This document shows, piece by piece, positions 12,630 through 25,740 of a stretch of 64,000 nucleotides of DNA (position 1 is the stretch's first letter; each line of letters begins with the position of its first letter). The notes under the pieces were generated by a model. The model was not told where the DNA came from, ran no database searches, and saw only the letters and a program-made list of their open reading frames with translations. The stretch comes from Pecten maximus (taxonomy: Eukaryota): positions 1 through 64,000 of the forward strand of contig NW_022983034.1 in the NCBI RefSeq assembly GCF_902652985.1. Direction: 5' to 3'. Made by a program: the position numbers and the translations under genes.

Positions 12630-13935
12630 AAATCCGCATATCCAATCTCCTCCAGTAAGCCATATTATCTGTGACCTCCAAAGTGTAGTAGAATGCACAA
12701 ATTTGACAAGATACGTGGACCCGGTCCATATGTCAACACGTGTCGGTTCCGCCGAAGACTGCATCTTCAACTGCTCTGCATCACTCACCATCTTTGACGA
12801 CGATGGTGCTGGTAAGGCTAACGTGGCGGTAATGTTTTGATTTCGTCGTCGATTTCCTCGATGAATGCAAGAGCAACCGATGAAAACGATGACAACGACG
12901 TTGTTATTTCTGGTTTTCCAACTGAAATCGTTGAGGTAAGAAGTGTGATAATTTTTTTTATCGAATTTCATCGTTAAAATATAACAGTTGTAATTATTAA
13001 TATATATATTTTGTAATCTCTGTTAAGAATGTGTGTTGGATACTTCACTGACAATACCTGTTCTGCGGTTGCGTTCGTTTAACACGTGGTTGTGTTCGTT
13101 TAACCACCTATGTGTGAGTATGCGACAAAGCCAGTGTCTTTTTGACATTGTATGTTCGATCGAGGTCATTTTGAAATCGAAAATGCAGCTCATCGACTTT
13201 ATCTTTGACGGTTTGTTTAGTCTTGTCACATTATTTGACATTGTTTAGTGATCTATGTCGAGGGCAAAATCTTTGGCTTCATCCTCTTTAATCATTATTC
13301 CTATTTCGTATTCCTGGCTGTTTAGCGCAAAGCCAATTCGTCTTGGTGCGAATTTTGTTACGGCGTCGTCCATAGATATCACCTGCTCGCATGAAACATG
13401 GTACTGACTCAAACTCAGCTTACAGCAAAGACTGTTGTTGTCTATGCAATATGTTTCTAATCTTTCCTTAATGTGTCGTGGACAATACTTTACCGACAAG
13501 TGTTTTACATTCTCGTGTTTATGCAAAGGAACCACTTTGTGCAGGGAAAGAAATGTACCGAGTTTGTGAGTCATTCGGCATTGATCAATCAGAGCTTCCA
13601 TGCATACGTTACACCAAAAAGAAGCACTCTTCTCTTTGTTGTGTAGCAAACACCCATAGCAGAATGCCTCACCCAGTTCTTCCTTGTCAGTTGAGTTTAC
13701 AAAAAGGGGAAGGGAAAAACTTAGTACACTGGTTCGAGGGTGTGTTCCCGGAAACTGGACAAGCCATATTTTCTGCAATAACATGTGCTCTCCTGACGTA
13801 ATTGTCCAAAACAAAAGCTGTGCAAAATATGTGAAAGCCCGGTAACATTCGCAGGGAACTACAAATGTCAAGACAAAGTAAGCAATTGAAGGATTGGCTT
13901 TTGGAACACGTACCATCACCTGTTCGTGCCTAAAA
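12630..13935 (-). pseudogene. Decayed, distantly related TRIM paralog on the opposite strand
   Basis: GEAFCYGCLLHNKEKSASFWCNVCMEAL..H..SLHKVV (B-box1), YCPRHIKERLETYCIDNNSLCC (B-box2) and RVDIWTGSTYLVKFVH..WLTGG (propeller start) are colinear with the + strand gene but contain stops and frameshifts. Confidence 0.88.
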
Positions 13936-14467
13936 TGAAACGAGCATCCAAATAATTCTCTTATTCTAATATTATGTCAGTCAGGATATTATAATTATAA
14001 TACCGTTCTTTATTGTTTTTTAATTGTGCCATAGGATATAACAGTTGTTCATTTGGTACTTTTCGGTAATTAATTATCTCAATGGTTCCATTTTATGGGT
14101 GTCATGATATATATTGGGGATTAGACTTCAATCATAAGTTATTAGGACAACAATATACATGTACAGATATGTTTTACATATTCGATTGTGGGAGGTGACA
14201 AATATGATACATTGTAATCTTTATGTTTACTATAATAAAGTAAAGTAAATAAGATCGGTTTGACTAGGCATTGTTAACGCCCTATTGAGGCGATTGAAAC
14301 TGGGAAGAGGATGCGTGAAAATTACAACGAAATGAGTCATCTATATCATGGATAGAAGTCAAACACAAAAAAAAACGAAAATCAAAGCAAACAAAAAACA
14401 AAAAACAAAAAAAAATGAAAAAATAGGGTTAGGGTTTATTGATATATATATTGTTGAAGTTAACAAT

Positions 14468-14812
14468 GAAACATCTAACAACATCCCATAAAGGGGTCAC
14501 GTCGGGGTATCCTTTTAGATTAGCCAATCAAATGACTACCTCCAGAATCTTGGAAGATAATTTTATTTGTGCGAATTAGCATGACTAGAGTCCACAGCCT
14601 GCATAATATGTCAACTTGTTTTAAGCCATTTCGTCCCAGACAGCATATAGCTACATTTATATATAATGCTTTGCCCTAAATGGTTTGCTTGAGATGCATA
14701 CTCTGACGAAATGGTTTGCTTCGATGACATCGATAAATTGACTATTCGCCCTGAAAGGGAAATACATAGTCATCAGAACGTGACCCCATATGGTATGGTG
14801 TTAGATGTTCAT
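14468..14812. mobile_element. MITE-like insertion (~340 bp) with ~30-bp imperfect TIRs
   Basis: Left aacatctaacaacatcccataaaggggtcacgt versus right acgtgaccccatatggtatggtgttagatgtt. Absent from the homologous position in other units. TSD is unclear. Confidence 0.75.
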
Positions 14813-15969
14813 TTAACGTAGTGAGAATGACCATCTAGGTTTTAATTAGATTGAATAAGTCTTATTATGATAGTTCCCTTAAATCCACACAGAAAGTTTT
14901 TTAAGATAAAAAACAAATATTTAAGAAAATGTTATCTCTTCTAAATATCTCCAGTTTAACACTCATTCTAGAATTAAACTGGTGGTTATAAAAAGGGAAT
15001 CGTCACAAACTTACACCGTCGTAAACGGATTGCTGTAAAGTGTTATTATATGTGTAAAATGAGTGGTATTTGTGGCGAGTACGGTGTGTATGTCTGTATG
15101 CACATGTATATGTAGTCTCGGGTAGATAAACTAGTGCATATGAGGTAGCTTTAAATAGAAATGACCTGTTAACAAGGAATGTTTCTCATTGATACAATAA
15201 CTATGGACGCATACCACTATATTTCATGTACAGTGAATGAATTTCAATTTATTGTATTTACTGCCGGTGATCAAATGTGTGTAGGGCAGTAAATATTGAC
15301 CTGAAATAGCCATTAAATTTTAAAGGTGTTGTGTTACATATGAAGTATAATAAAGAGAAATACAATATACACTATGTGATGTGTGTGGAACCGGTAATTG
15401 TATATTTACATATACAATTTTGAAAAGAACCTTCAATTTAGACTTAAACACTCTCTCTTGTAAGTTGTAGATCAATGTAATCCAATAAACATGTTTAACG
15501 GGAAATGGTTCATTGCATGATGATTTTACAACTACAGTATAAAGTATTGTTGGTGTATGGTAATATATTGTTTTTTGAGATACGGAACCTGTGCGTTCCC
15601 CCACAGCCTCCCAAAACACACACAGACTAAACCATGTACACGCATGAATCTCGTACACAGGGGAGGTCATACTTAAATGACATTATATGTTCCAACCAAA
15701 CCATATTGGATCTTACCATACAAAAATCACACAAGTATATACTGATTTTGAATAGTCATAACTAATACGAAAATGCATGGGGAGAAATGGCTATAACTGT
15801 GCTGTATAGCAGTTTTGTGTTTCTAGGACTCACCCGTGGTATTGATGGTCACCATTGTTATAGAAAGCAAATTCAGAGTAAACTATTGTTAAATAATAAG
15901 GGACAAACTATTTAATTAGTTTAAATATTCAAATCTGTTCATCTGTTCTCTATGGTTAATATATCTTTA

Positions 15970-16362
15970 TGTAACCGGGTTGCCTAGACAGGATAGTGAA
16001 AAACCAGAAGACAACCGGGTCGGGTTCGAGTTCTTTATTGATGAATATGAAGAATTGATTGGACAGTACATGCACAATTGGACAACAAAGAGATAGACTA
16101 ATCACATGACTGTACATACATACCACACGTACAGGTAAAATCTATTTATATATTACAGACTCACAGGTAGTGTGAGTGAGCACTATATAGAGTATGTGTA
16201 TACCTGCATGCAGAGTACCTACCAACTCTGCAGCGAACACCGCAATATTTGATACATTAACTTGACCTGTAATAACAATACTTATACAAATATTAAAACA
16301 AGCATATCACAAATTTATAACATCTTAATTGTAGCAATACCGAAATAGTTCACCTGGTCACA
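15970..16362 (-). mobile_element. Solo LTR (393 bp), probably Ty3/Gypsy type
   Basis: TG...CA ends with a short inverted repeat (tgtaaccggg / cctggtcaca) and a 4-bp TSD ttta on both sides. Minus-strand TATA-like motif near 16185 and AATAAA near 16035. Absent upstream of copy 4 (about 29392). Confidence 0.82.
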
Positions 16363-17683
16363 TTTACAAAGGATTTAGATTTTATTTTCACATCGGATTT
16401 TTATTTATAGTTCATAGGAGAGTTCAGAGGTCATTCAAACGTGATCTTTTTAATTTGTTAAGGAATTTCAAAGACTCAAATATATGAAATGGCGACACTT
16501 TTCGAAAAACTTTTGTCATGGCTAGCAGTAACATAAATAATCTTACTTTAGTTGACAGCATTTATTAAAATTTTATTTTTTATAGGAACATATCAACCTA
16601 GTTGTACCCCTTAACATGGAAACGAGCCAAACGTTGTCCGTGTGTTGTGTACAGATGTAAAAACCAAGAAGAGCATTATCTTATTTCATCAGTTCGGAGG
16701 CTAAAATGTGTAAGTGTATCCATATATTGACCTATATGCAACATTTTGGATGTTGGATGTCTATTTTTTGCAACATTTATGTGTACATTTTGTAAGAATA
16801 CGTATTATGTGTAATCAACAGCAACATAAACAGAAAGAAAGTACATTCAGTTTTCACTAGGGACTAAATCGTATTTACACACTGTAAAATGCATTGTGTT
16901 TTAAATGGCGTTTTAGATGAAATTATCATTTCTATTGTGAGATACCTGTAAGTGTACTGTTGTAAATTATATAGTCAGTGTATTTGAACAGGTTTCTCTA
17001 CCGGAAGTGGATACCACACAAGGGCAATCTGCTATTCGTAATGATCAATCGTTATAGCAACGGTTTTGGAGAAGATAGAGAGAGGAAAGGTATGGAAGTG
17101 TCAGAAGTAATTATTTCATATTAAATGAGTAAATCTTTAAATGTCATTTTTTATAACTTACAATCCCATTTGGGCATATGGAAATCGAAAGTAGATTATT
17201 TTGTTAATGTTGATGTTCAACAACGAAAAGTGGCTGGATATTATATATTTACCTAAGTATACGCAAACTATGCCTACTTTTACCACGGACTAAGCAACAT
17301 GTATGTATAACTATACATATAACTAATTTTCTTCCGAAGCTATAATGAACCCATCTTCGATAAGATAAAGCAAATGGAAAGAATTCTACAGAAATTGATA
17401 TAGAGTACATGTACTAACTGTAAGCAGATATTTTTCCAAAAAGGTTTAATTATTTATTCAATGTTCTATCTTCAATTAATTTGTCTATATTTAGTAATAT
17501 AGCTACTTAATCATGAAGCAACAGCTCTGTGTTCTATGATCAACCTTTTCATTATCAAGTTTATGGTACAGTGTACATTGTATAAGATTATATTTAGAAT
17601 TAAAAAATTTGTGGCAGAGATGAAAGATTCTTGAAATGATTTTAAGTTTTTGTTCTTAACTTGCAGATAAACAAGCAATATGC

Positions 17684-19720
17684 ATGGCAGAGGCTCATGT
17701 AGACAATCGATCTTTCAAATGTCTGATATGTCTCCAGGAATGTAACATACCCGGACAGCTGGCATGTTTCCACACGTTCTGTACGGGTTGTCTGAACACC
17801 TATATTAATTCTGAATACGTCACAGAAGATAACAGGACGTACTTCCCCTGTCCGGTATGCGAAAGTTCGTGCTACCCTCACGACAAGGATGCTCACGTTA
17901 GCTCTTGGGCCGGTTCGTTTCCTCGGAATCAGCTCTTCGCTTCATCAACGTATAAAGAGACAAAATCAGGTCAGACATTCTGCCACGGATGTCTTACGAC
18001 GAAGAGAACGTTGCTTCCTTCTGGTGTAAAGCATGCTCGGAAGCCTTGTGTCAGCCATGTCGCGTTGCACACCGACGAAGCAAATTACTTTCAACGCACA
18101 AAGTTATTGCCATAGACGATGTTTCTAAGACAGATATACGCATGCCTGTATCCATTGACAACACGTGTCCTCGTCATACGTGGAAGACGATCGAAGTATA
18201 CTGCCACGACCACAACGCCTTATGCTGTGTTCTGTGCGTGACACTGTCGCATAGAAGGTGTACGCATGTCAGTAGCCTTGAAGATACTACAAAGATGTTG
18301 TCACTTGATGTCATCGAATGTGAGTTAGGCAAGATGAACGACGAGTCAAAAACAATTGTTGAAGAGGACGAAAACAAATTGACCACTCTCGAATACAATT
18401 ACCAGAACATGACCAGTAATGTGGCCATGATGATCAAGAAAGCGAAAGATAAGCTGGATGATCTTCACAAACGTTTTCAAATCGGGTTAGATGTAACATA
18501 CCGACGTCATCGAGAAAGTCTACATGAACGCTTACGCAACAATAGGATATTTCAAGCAAACATTGAAAACACCAACCAACTGATGAGGGTGGTAAAAGGA
18601 AAAAGTCCTGTCGTTGATACATTTATTGTAACGGAACAATCCAAGACACAACTTCTGAGACACGTACGGCGTTTACAGCAGAAGACTGGAGACAAACACA
18701 ACACATTTGAATTGAAGATTAGATATGACGACGTATTAGAGAATGTCATCAGCGTGATGACATCTGTGGGAAGATTAGAAGTCTCCTCTTCATTGTCATC
18801 TTCCTCACATGACTCCTTCACATCTATCAGACAAATCATTGACATACTCCAGGCCACATCATCTGTGACATCGTTTTCCGAATCAACGTCCTCCTCGGAC
18901 ATGCTGAGTGATGTAGGACACGTGGCAGTTCCATCTTCGTCAATAGCGCTTCGTATTGACGTATGGACTGGGTCTTTATCTCTGGTCAAGTCTGTACATA
19001 AAGATTCCATCGATGGGTTAGGGATTCAGTGGCTAACAGGAGGAGTATTTATTGAAGGGGAAGGTCTACTTGCTATAGACGATTACAGAATGTTACTGTT
19101 TGATGATAGCTATGATTATATCAGGCATTATGATATGGATAACTGTCCTATTGATATCACACGCGGATTTGAGCCGAACGAGTTACTAATGACCCAGACA
19201 AATGAGTCAGTCATTAGGTGTACATTTCGGGATGGTGTCCTAACCACTGTCGACAGGATAAGGAGAACTCAACAATGTTGGGGTATAGATACTCTGGCAG
19301 ATAACGTGCTGACCGGGACTAATTATTCTGTCGAGATTTCAACATCTGACTTTAAACAGGTCGCCTCTATACCTAAACGAGGTAACAATACCTTCGTCGC
19401 CGCATCACCCCGGGGACTCCTTTACCACAGAGATGAAGACGTCATCGTGTGTCGGTCACGTGATGGGAAGGAAGTGTTCCGGCATGTGTGTAAATGTATC
19501 AAAGAGCCACGAGGAATTGTTGTTTATCAGGATGGTAATGTATACGTGTGTGGAATGGAGTCGAGAGACATACACCTGATATCACATGACGGCTCCAAGG
19601 ATCGAATCCTTCTCCCAAGCACGTATGGAATCACTCGACCGTACGCCATACTTCTCCATCATTGTGACGTCATGGCAGGAAAACGTGGCCTTTGAAGTGT
19701 ACAAGTTTTGTGATCAGTGA
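17684..19720 (+). pseudogene. TRIM-NHL copy 3, disrupted
   Basis: 4-nt deletion near 17993 (frameshift in B-box1), 6-nt in-frame deletion near 19085 and 17-nt deletion near 19660. The span is 27 nt shorter than copy 2, matching 4+6+17. Confidence 0.88.
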
Positions 19721-20814
19721 TTGGTGTAACTGCACTGACTATCGAAATGATTTATATGATTTCTCCAATAGTTGTTTTACGCAAAATAAATACAATTCAA
19801 GTCACTTCATACTATTTCATATAAGTTACGGGAATTGCTTTGTGCACTCGTATTAATCTTTAAATCAGAATCGACCAGTGTGTAATAACAAGGGGAAAGG
19901 AAAAGACTAATATTATAGGTGCGTGATAGGGTATCCCACTCAAGGACTCAGTGTTTGATATCCGGGGCAAGCTATGAGCACTACTTCAAACGTCGATACT
20001 AAACTGCAGTCTCATTGATGTGAATAAATCAAATGCATAAATGTTATCCTATACCAGTGAGTATAGATATATTTACGATGTCGTGTAAGAGAGAATAGAC
20101 AGACGACTGTTTATCAAAGTTATTTTCTACTAACATGTACTTAACTTATTTGTTACTCGTCAAATTATTCCTCCGTTTGGTAACCTGACGAATTTTTTTC
20201 CCCTCACACATACTGTGAAACGTAATAAAGTTTGACATGATATCTATTTCTGTTTGTATTTCTATGACTTATCATTAATCTGTATCAACATAGAAAATTT
20301 ATTTGTTTACGCGTTGATAATGGGTGAAGTAGTTGCCCCATTTTGTAAATACTGAGCGCAAATGTATACTTGTTACAAGAAAGTGAGAGAACAATACATC
20401 TGATAATTTGAATAGGTCATTTGGAAGAACAATTAAGATATTATATTAACAGATCAAAAACAGAAGTTCTATATGTCCGTGCGTCATAATAATCCATCCC
20501 AGGTTGGGTTGGGTTGAAAAGCTGATGTTAACTAATTTTGATTACTTACTGGAAGGTTAGTTCGGAATGATATTCCGTAAGTGAAGAGTGTGTTGAGATT
20601 TCAAATACGTAATCTGTATACACATTTTTATTTAAGTTACTGTTAGAGCGATGTAGACCATGTTGGACAATGTTCTCGCTTTCGAGACTTTTCATCACAG
20701 GCGATACAAAAACCGTGCATTTGATACACAATTTAAAGAGGTATGTCGACCTGTCATGTTGAAGAGTGACCCGGCCATACTTACAATGGTGTGTCAAATG
20801 ATTTATAAAACATT

Positions 20815-20990
20815 TTCTGCAACAACATTCTGTCCTGACGTAATTGTCCATATACGCTGTGCTAAATATGTGAAAGCACGATCACAGTCGCAGGGAACTA
20901 CAAACTCAAGGCAAAGTAAGTAATTGAAGGATGGTCCTTTAGAACAAGTTCATGTTTCCACCATAACCCTTTCGTGTCTAAAACGAAAAA
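20815..20990 (-). pseudogene. RING remnant of the antisense TRIM paralog (unit 3)
   Basis: Homologous to 6575-6750, with the ATG and upstream ttttag acceptor retained. Confidence 0.7.
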
Positions 20991-21254
20991 CGAACATCCA
21001 GATACTTCTATTTTAATATTCCTTCAGTCGGGATATTATAATTATAATACCTTTCTTTGTTGGTGATTATTTTTCAATCATAGGTTATTAGGACATCAAT
21101 TTGCATTTACAGATGTGATACACTGTAATCTTTATGTTTACTCTAATAAAGTAAAGTCAATGGGATCGATTTGACTTGGAATTTTTAACATACTATTGAG
21201 TTGAATTAAACTAGGAACAAGATGCGTGATAATTACAACAAAATTAGTCATCTA

Positions 21255-21842
21255 TTTAAGCATTAAACTGTCTTGATTTGGCATCTCTGTTCGATATAAA
21301 TGACAGAGCTTTGCAGACAAACTGCATTATGACATGTTTGTCTGCAAAGCTCTGTCATTTATCTCGAACAGAGATGCCATATCAAGACAGTTTAATGCTT
21401 ATATTTACGTTTGATGAATTGTTTTTATCTAAAAAATATGTAGGTTTCGACTTATAATTTAAATTTCCCGCCTTATCGTCAATCGCGAAATTACCGTTTC
21501 AAAACTGGAACAGCCTTTCTTCTCACGTGCAGATTGCCACACAAAATAGTGCATACAAAAACGACAAAAATAATTATATTGGTTTTCACAATGTTTTATT
21601 TATTTTCATATTTTCTTTATTTGATGTGTTTTTGTCGATATTATACCATTTAGTTTAGTTGTTTCAAATTTCTTGTGTTTAGTTCAGAGTTCGATTCACA
21701 TTGGCCGCCATCTTTGTTTACATTGTACATGTATTCTTACGCACTGGAATCATGGCATGCTTTGGGTGTCAGTTATACTCTCATAGACAACACTTTGTTT
21801 TGGTTAGTTTATTTAGTGGCATTGTCAGGCAAATGTAAATAT
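21255..21842. mobile_element. Non-autonomous element with a terminal 66-bp hairpin and a sub-terminal inverted repeat (Crypton-like, tentative)
   Basis: Interrupts 'gtcatctata..gatagaagtca', which is intact in other units. Hairpin at 21257-21401, plus tatttacgtttg (21402) paired with caaatgtaaata (21830-21841). Confidence 0.72.
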
Positions 21843-23600
21843 ATTATTGATAGAAGTCAAACACACACAATAATGAAACAAATAGGGTTATTGATATATA
21901 AATTGTTGAAGATAACAATGAAAAACGTTAATGGTACAATTGATGCTCAATTTAGGTTAGAAAAAGAGCTTTTCAAATATTATTTTATTAACCAGCTTGA
22001 AAAAAATTTATCTCCTGCTCAAGATGAGCGATTTTCGTTAAAGGGACTAAATGGTTAGATTTCAATAATTTCTACATGCATTTGATTTCCGGAAAGCGTT
22101 GTGATACTTGAAATTAAATTGTTTACAAAATTATGACACTTTTTGTGAAATATTGGCAATGTTAATCAACTTCGAATTATCGCTGAACAACATTTGCTGT
22201 TTACATCGGAGAGAGCCGAGTGCGTCACATGATTTCAGTATCCTCGCTTTCACCCGACGAAAATGGAATCGAGGTAAGTGTAAACATTTTGTCACGTGGA
22301 TGTAGAACATGTGATTACTTTGCAATCGGACGGTCTCTAGGAATACCAATCGTTATTCGCTATTGTTGATTGAGAGCTCAAACAGATAAAAGTACGTATA
22401 ACCCTCAGAAGTAGCATGTGAAATTTTGACATTCGGCGATGGGGCCTCCAAAGGGGACTTCGTTTCGTTTATTGTGATCTAGGAAAATATTATCATTATT
22501 TATCTTTGAAGTGTTAATTCAATTCAATATCGTCCCAATGTAGGAAATCGAAGTGTACACTAAAATTGGAATTGCTATTTTGTATGACCGTAAGTGCTGT
22601 GACGACGTAACAGTTATACAGTTGTAACCAGACATATATGTCTCTGTTGTAACATACAAAAAAAAATAAAAAATGCCGATCACTAACGTGATAGGCCTAC
22701 CCAAATGTGAATTCGATTTAAATCTGATTAATGGAGATCTACATTGTAAATTGATTGCACTGAGTGCAATACACAAACTGTAAGTCTAGATATAAGAAAA
22801 AATAATTCAGTTTTACTCTGAAATTGTAATTTATTCGACTGTTTGAATTCCCTCGGCCTTTCAGATTGACATCCTAATTAAAAATCGGAACCTTCATTGA
22901 GTTAGTAGTTTTTGCACTTAACTTTGCTTCTGTTTAATGATTGTAGTTAAAATGTTGAAATTCTTGTACGTTATTTGATGAATTATATAATTAAATATGT
23001 ACGTTAAGAAATGGATAACACTGATACATGGTAAAAGATGGATATGAGTATTGTTGATTATCTCATTTATATCAATAATGTATTATCTCATTTATATCAA
23101 TTTATCATCGATATAAATGAGATATTTAATTCACAATACTGATGTCCATACTATTTTAATAATTCAATGATTAGCTGACAGTCTCAATGACAGTCATGGA
23201 TTGAGGAATTGGACTATTCTCAAGTTTACCTACATGTACAATTATGTTCATTTATATGTTACATTTTCTTGTATTTCAGTCAACCTCAATATCATCTTGA
23301 TTGGCAAGTCAGCAGAGCATGCAGTCTAACTATATATGGGTAGAGGTCAAGGTGACAGGAGTAAATAAAATATAGAAATCGTGAAAATTTAAGCATTTTA
23401 TTGGTAATCACGTTATCTGTTTGCCCATACACATAAGCTGAATTATCTTATTTCAAGGAAGTTGTTTTGACACCTGTGCAGTGAAAAGGTTTGATATAAA
23501 ACCAAAATAAATTACATTACATCATTGACTTCATGGAAACCTTTTGTTTTATTTACCATATTTCATATGCATCAGTTTTCACTGATACTGGCTTATGTAA

Positions 23601-24086
23601 AACAAGAGGCCCATTGGCCTTAATGGTCACCTGAGTTTTGAAATATTCAATTTAATTGACCCTTTTTAGCCTTGCCCATCAGCCCAGAAGGTCAGTCAGG
23701 GTCAACATGTGCATGCCATCAAGCTGTCATCCAATGCTGATAATGTTAATGAAGTTAGAATGAATTTCAATAGAAATCAAACAAATGCTGATCAAAATTG
23801 TGATTTCCCTATATAAATTTTAGTCCCCCCTCAGGGTCATGAAATTCCAAATTTTTGTTAAAGACACCAGTATATGATTCTACCATATCTGCGAGCTGAG
23901 AAGATCTTTTAAATTTTAGTCAATTTGACCCTTTCTGACCCTGCCCCTCAGGTCCCTGGGTGTTGGGACTATGTAATTCACAGTTTTGGTTGACCTTTTG
24001 ACCATGAAAGCTTACTGACAAATTGTTTAAAGAGAAACAACGCAGTTAGAATAGGTCACTTCATACTTCATCTCAGGTGACCTAAA
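23601..24086 (-). mobile_element. HINE (non-autonomous Helentron-like) element nested in the Kolobok
   Basis: aacaagaggcccattggcct palindrome, sub-terminal inverted repeat ggtcacctgag...ctcaggtgacc and an A-tract end. Confidence 0.72.
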
Positions 24087-24344
24087 GATACAACCCTAAT
24101 TTATCAGAATATCAACAGAACAGTGACTTATGATGTTGATAATACACAAAACAGTAAATGCACAGTACAGTTTGTCTCACAAATAGTTTTGATATAGAAA
24201 ACATTGAGAAAAGTCAAACATGCAAATAAAGAATTTACCACATTGTATTTATTGTCTTGCTTAGATGTAAGCATTGGCATCAATGACTAGAGAAAGTTGA
24301 CTGCCATGACTACGTAGTGACTTAACATCAATGACAATTGTTGG

Positions 24345-24615
24345 CATCAGTGATAATTGAGTGTTGACATCAATGACTATTGAGTATTATGGAGTGTTGA
24401 CATACATGACTATTGAGTATTAGTGAGTGTTGACATAAATGATTATTGAGTATTAGTGAGTGTTGACATATATGACAATTGAGTATTAGTGAGTGTTGAC
24501 ATAAATGACTATTGAGTACTAGTGTGTGTTGACATTAAAGACTATTGAGCACTAGTGGGTGTTGACATCAATGAATTTTGAGAGTTTATAAATTACTTGT
24601 GAGTGTTAACATGAA
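24345..24615. repeat. Minisatellite, 33-bp unit, about 7-8 degenerate copies
   Basis: gagtgttgacataaatgactattgagtattagt recurs at 24425, 24458, 24491 and onward. Confidence 0.9.
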
Positions 24616-24805
24616 TATTTCAATTGTGCACACATGTACAGCTATGAATAATCATTTTTGACTAAGCATTTAAATTTCAGACCAGACAATGTTGTTTGTC
24701 TCTTGAGATCATATAAATTTCGAAATGAAGGCTGCACTGATTTAATATCATATGACATTTATGGAATGGATAACATTAAGCTATTATAGTAACATTATAC
24801 CAATA

Positions 24806-25420
24806 AACTAAAGGCCCAGAGGGCCTGCATCGCTAACCTGGATAATTCAGTAATGATGGCAAAATACTCAAATTTAAGTTTCATTTCAAACATTTTTCTA
24901 CTTTTGAACTACCTCTCCCAACAATGGTTCAAACAACAAGTGGACTAGATGTAATTCTTGGAAAAAAAATGAGTTAAATCTGTTTTTTTTTTTTTTGCTA
25001 TACCAGGTAATTCTCTTATTTTGCCCCGAAAGGTGCCACTCAGATGATGGTGACGCTTCATTTATGCAACATATAACATTGCCACATAATTCTCCTGACC
25101 AAATTTCATCAAATCCATTTAATTGTTCAGGACTAGTAGAATTTCTAAAAGGGTTTCCATTCTGACCAGTGAACTAAAAACATGTTAATAATAAGACCAT
25201 TACAAAGGGCAATAACTCTGCAAACTACTGTCCAATAATTTCCATTTTTGAAGTTGTCTGAGATCTTGTCAATATATGGCTGCGTATAAAGTTTTATCAA
25301 ATTTGGTATATTCTGACATTTACTCAAGTTATTCAAATATTGTGTTCACAATGTTGACAGACGAATGCCGGACGCCTCAGTATGGCATACTCACCTTGGT
25401 CCTTCGGACCAGGTCAGCTA
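24806..25420 (-). mobile_element. Second HINE-like element nested in the Kolobok
   Basis: aggcccagagggcct palindrome, gctaacctgg...ccaggtcagc sub-terminal inverted repeat and a tggtcc-ttc-ggacca hairpin. Confidence 0.65.
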
Positions 25421-25495
25421 CTAAACGTAAGGACAGATATTCAAAAGTAATAGTCTCTGGAACATGATTAGTCTCAAAATTTCAATTATTCCCAT

Positions 25496-25740
25496 TCATC
25501 TTAATTGGGATTTCTTCTCCTCTACCATTTGGACAGTAGATGGTGGAGGAGCATGGGCTAGGAGTTTGAATATTCTGGGATCTATTTGATGCAAGGGTTT
25601 TGGCTAGATATTCCAGTTCTATCTGTTATTCTGTTGGCCACTATCAGATTGATGAGTCCCTGGATGTGTTGGTATGTCCTTTCCACCTTGTACGGCACTA
25701 TTGTCCTCCGAGAACTTTTGTGTTATAAATCCTGTGATAT
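25496..25740 (-). pseudogene. Decayed last exon of a probable Kolobok transposase
   Basis: A polypyrimidine acceptor precedes YHRIYN/KSSRRTIVPYKVERTYQHIQGLINLIVANRITD../LHQIDPRIFKLLAHAPPPSTVQMVEEKKSQLR*, read across two frameshifts. Family assignment is by motif recall, not by search. Confidence 0.6.

Noticed and set aside
24345-24615. Regularly spaced repeats resembling a CRISPR array
   Set aside because: Head-to-tail 33-bp units with no unique spacers, no cas genes and a eukaryotic context. It is a minisatellite.
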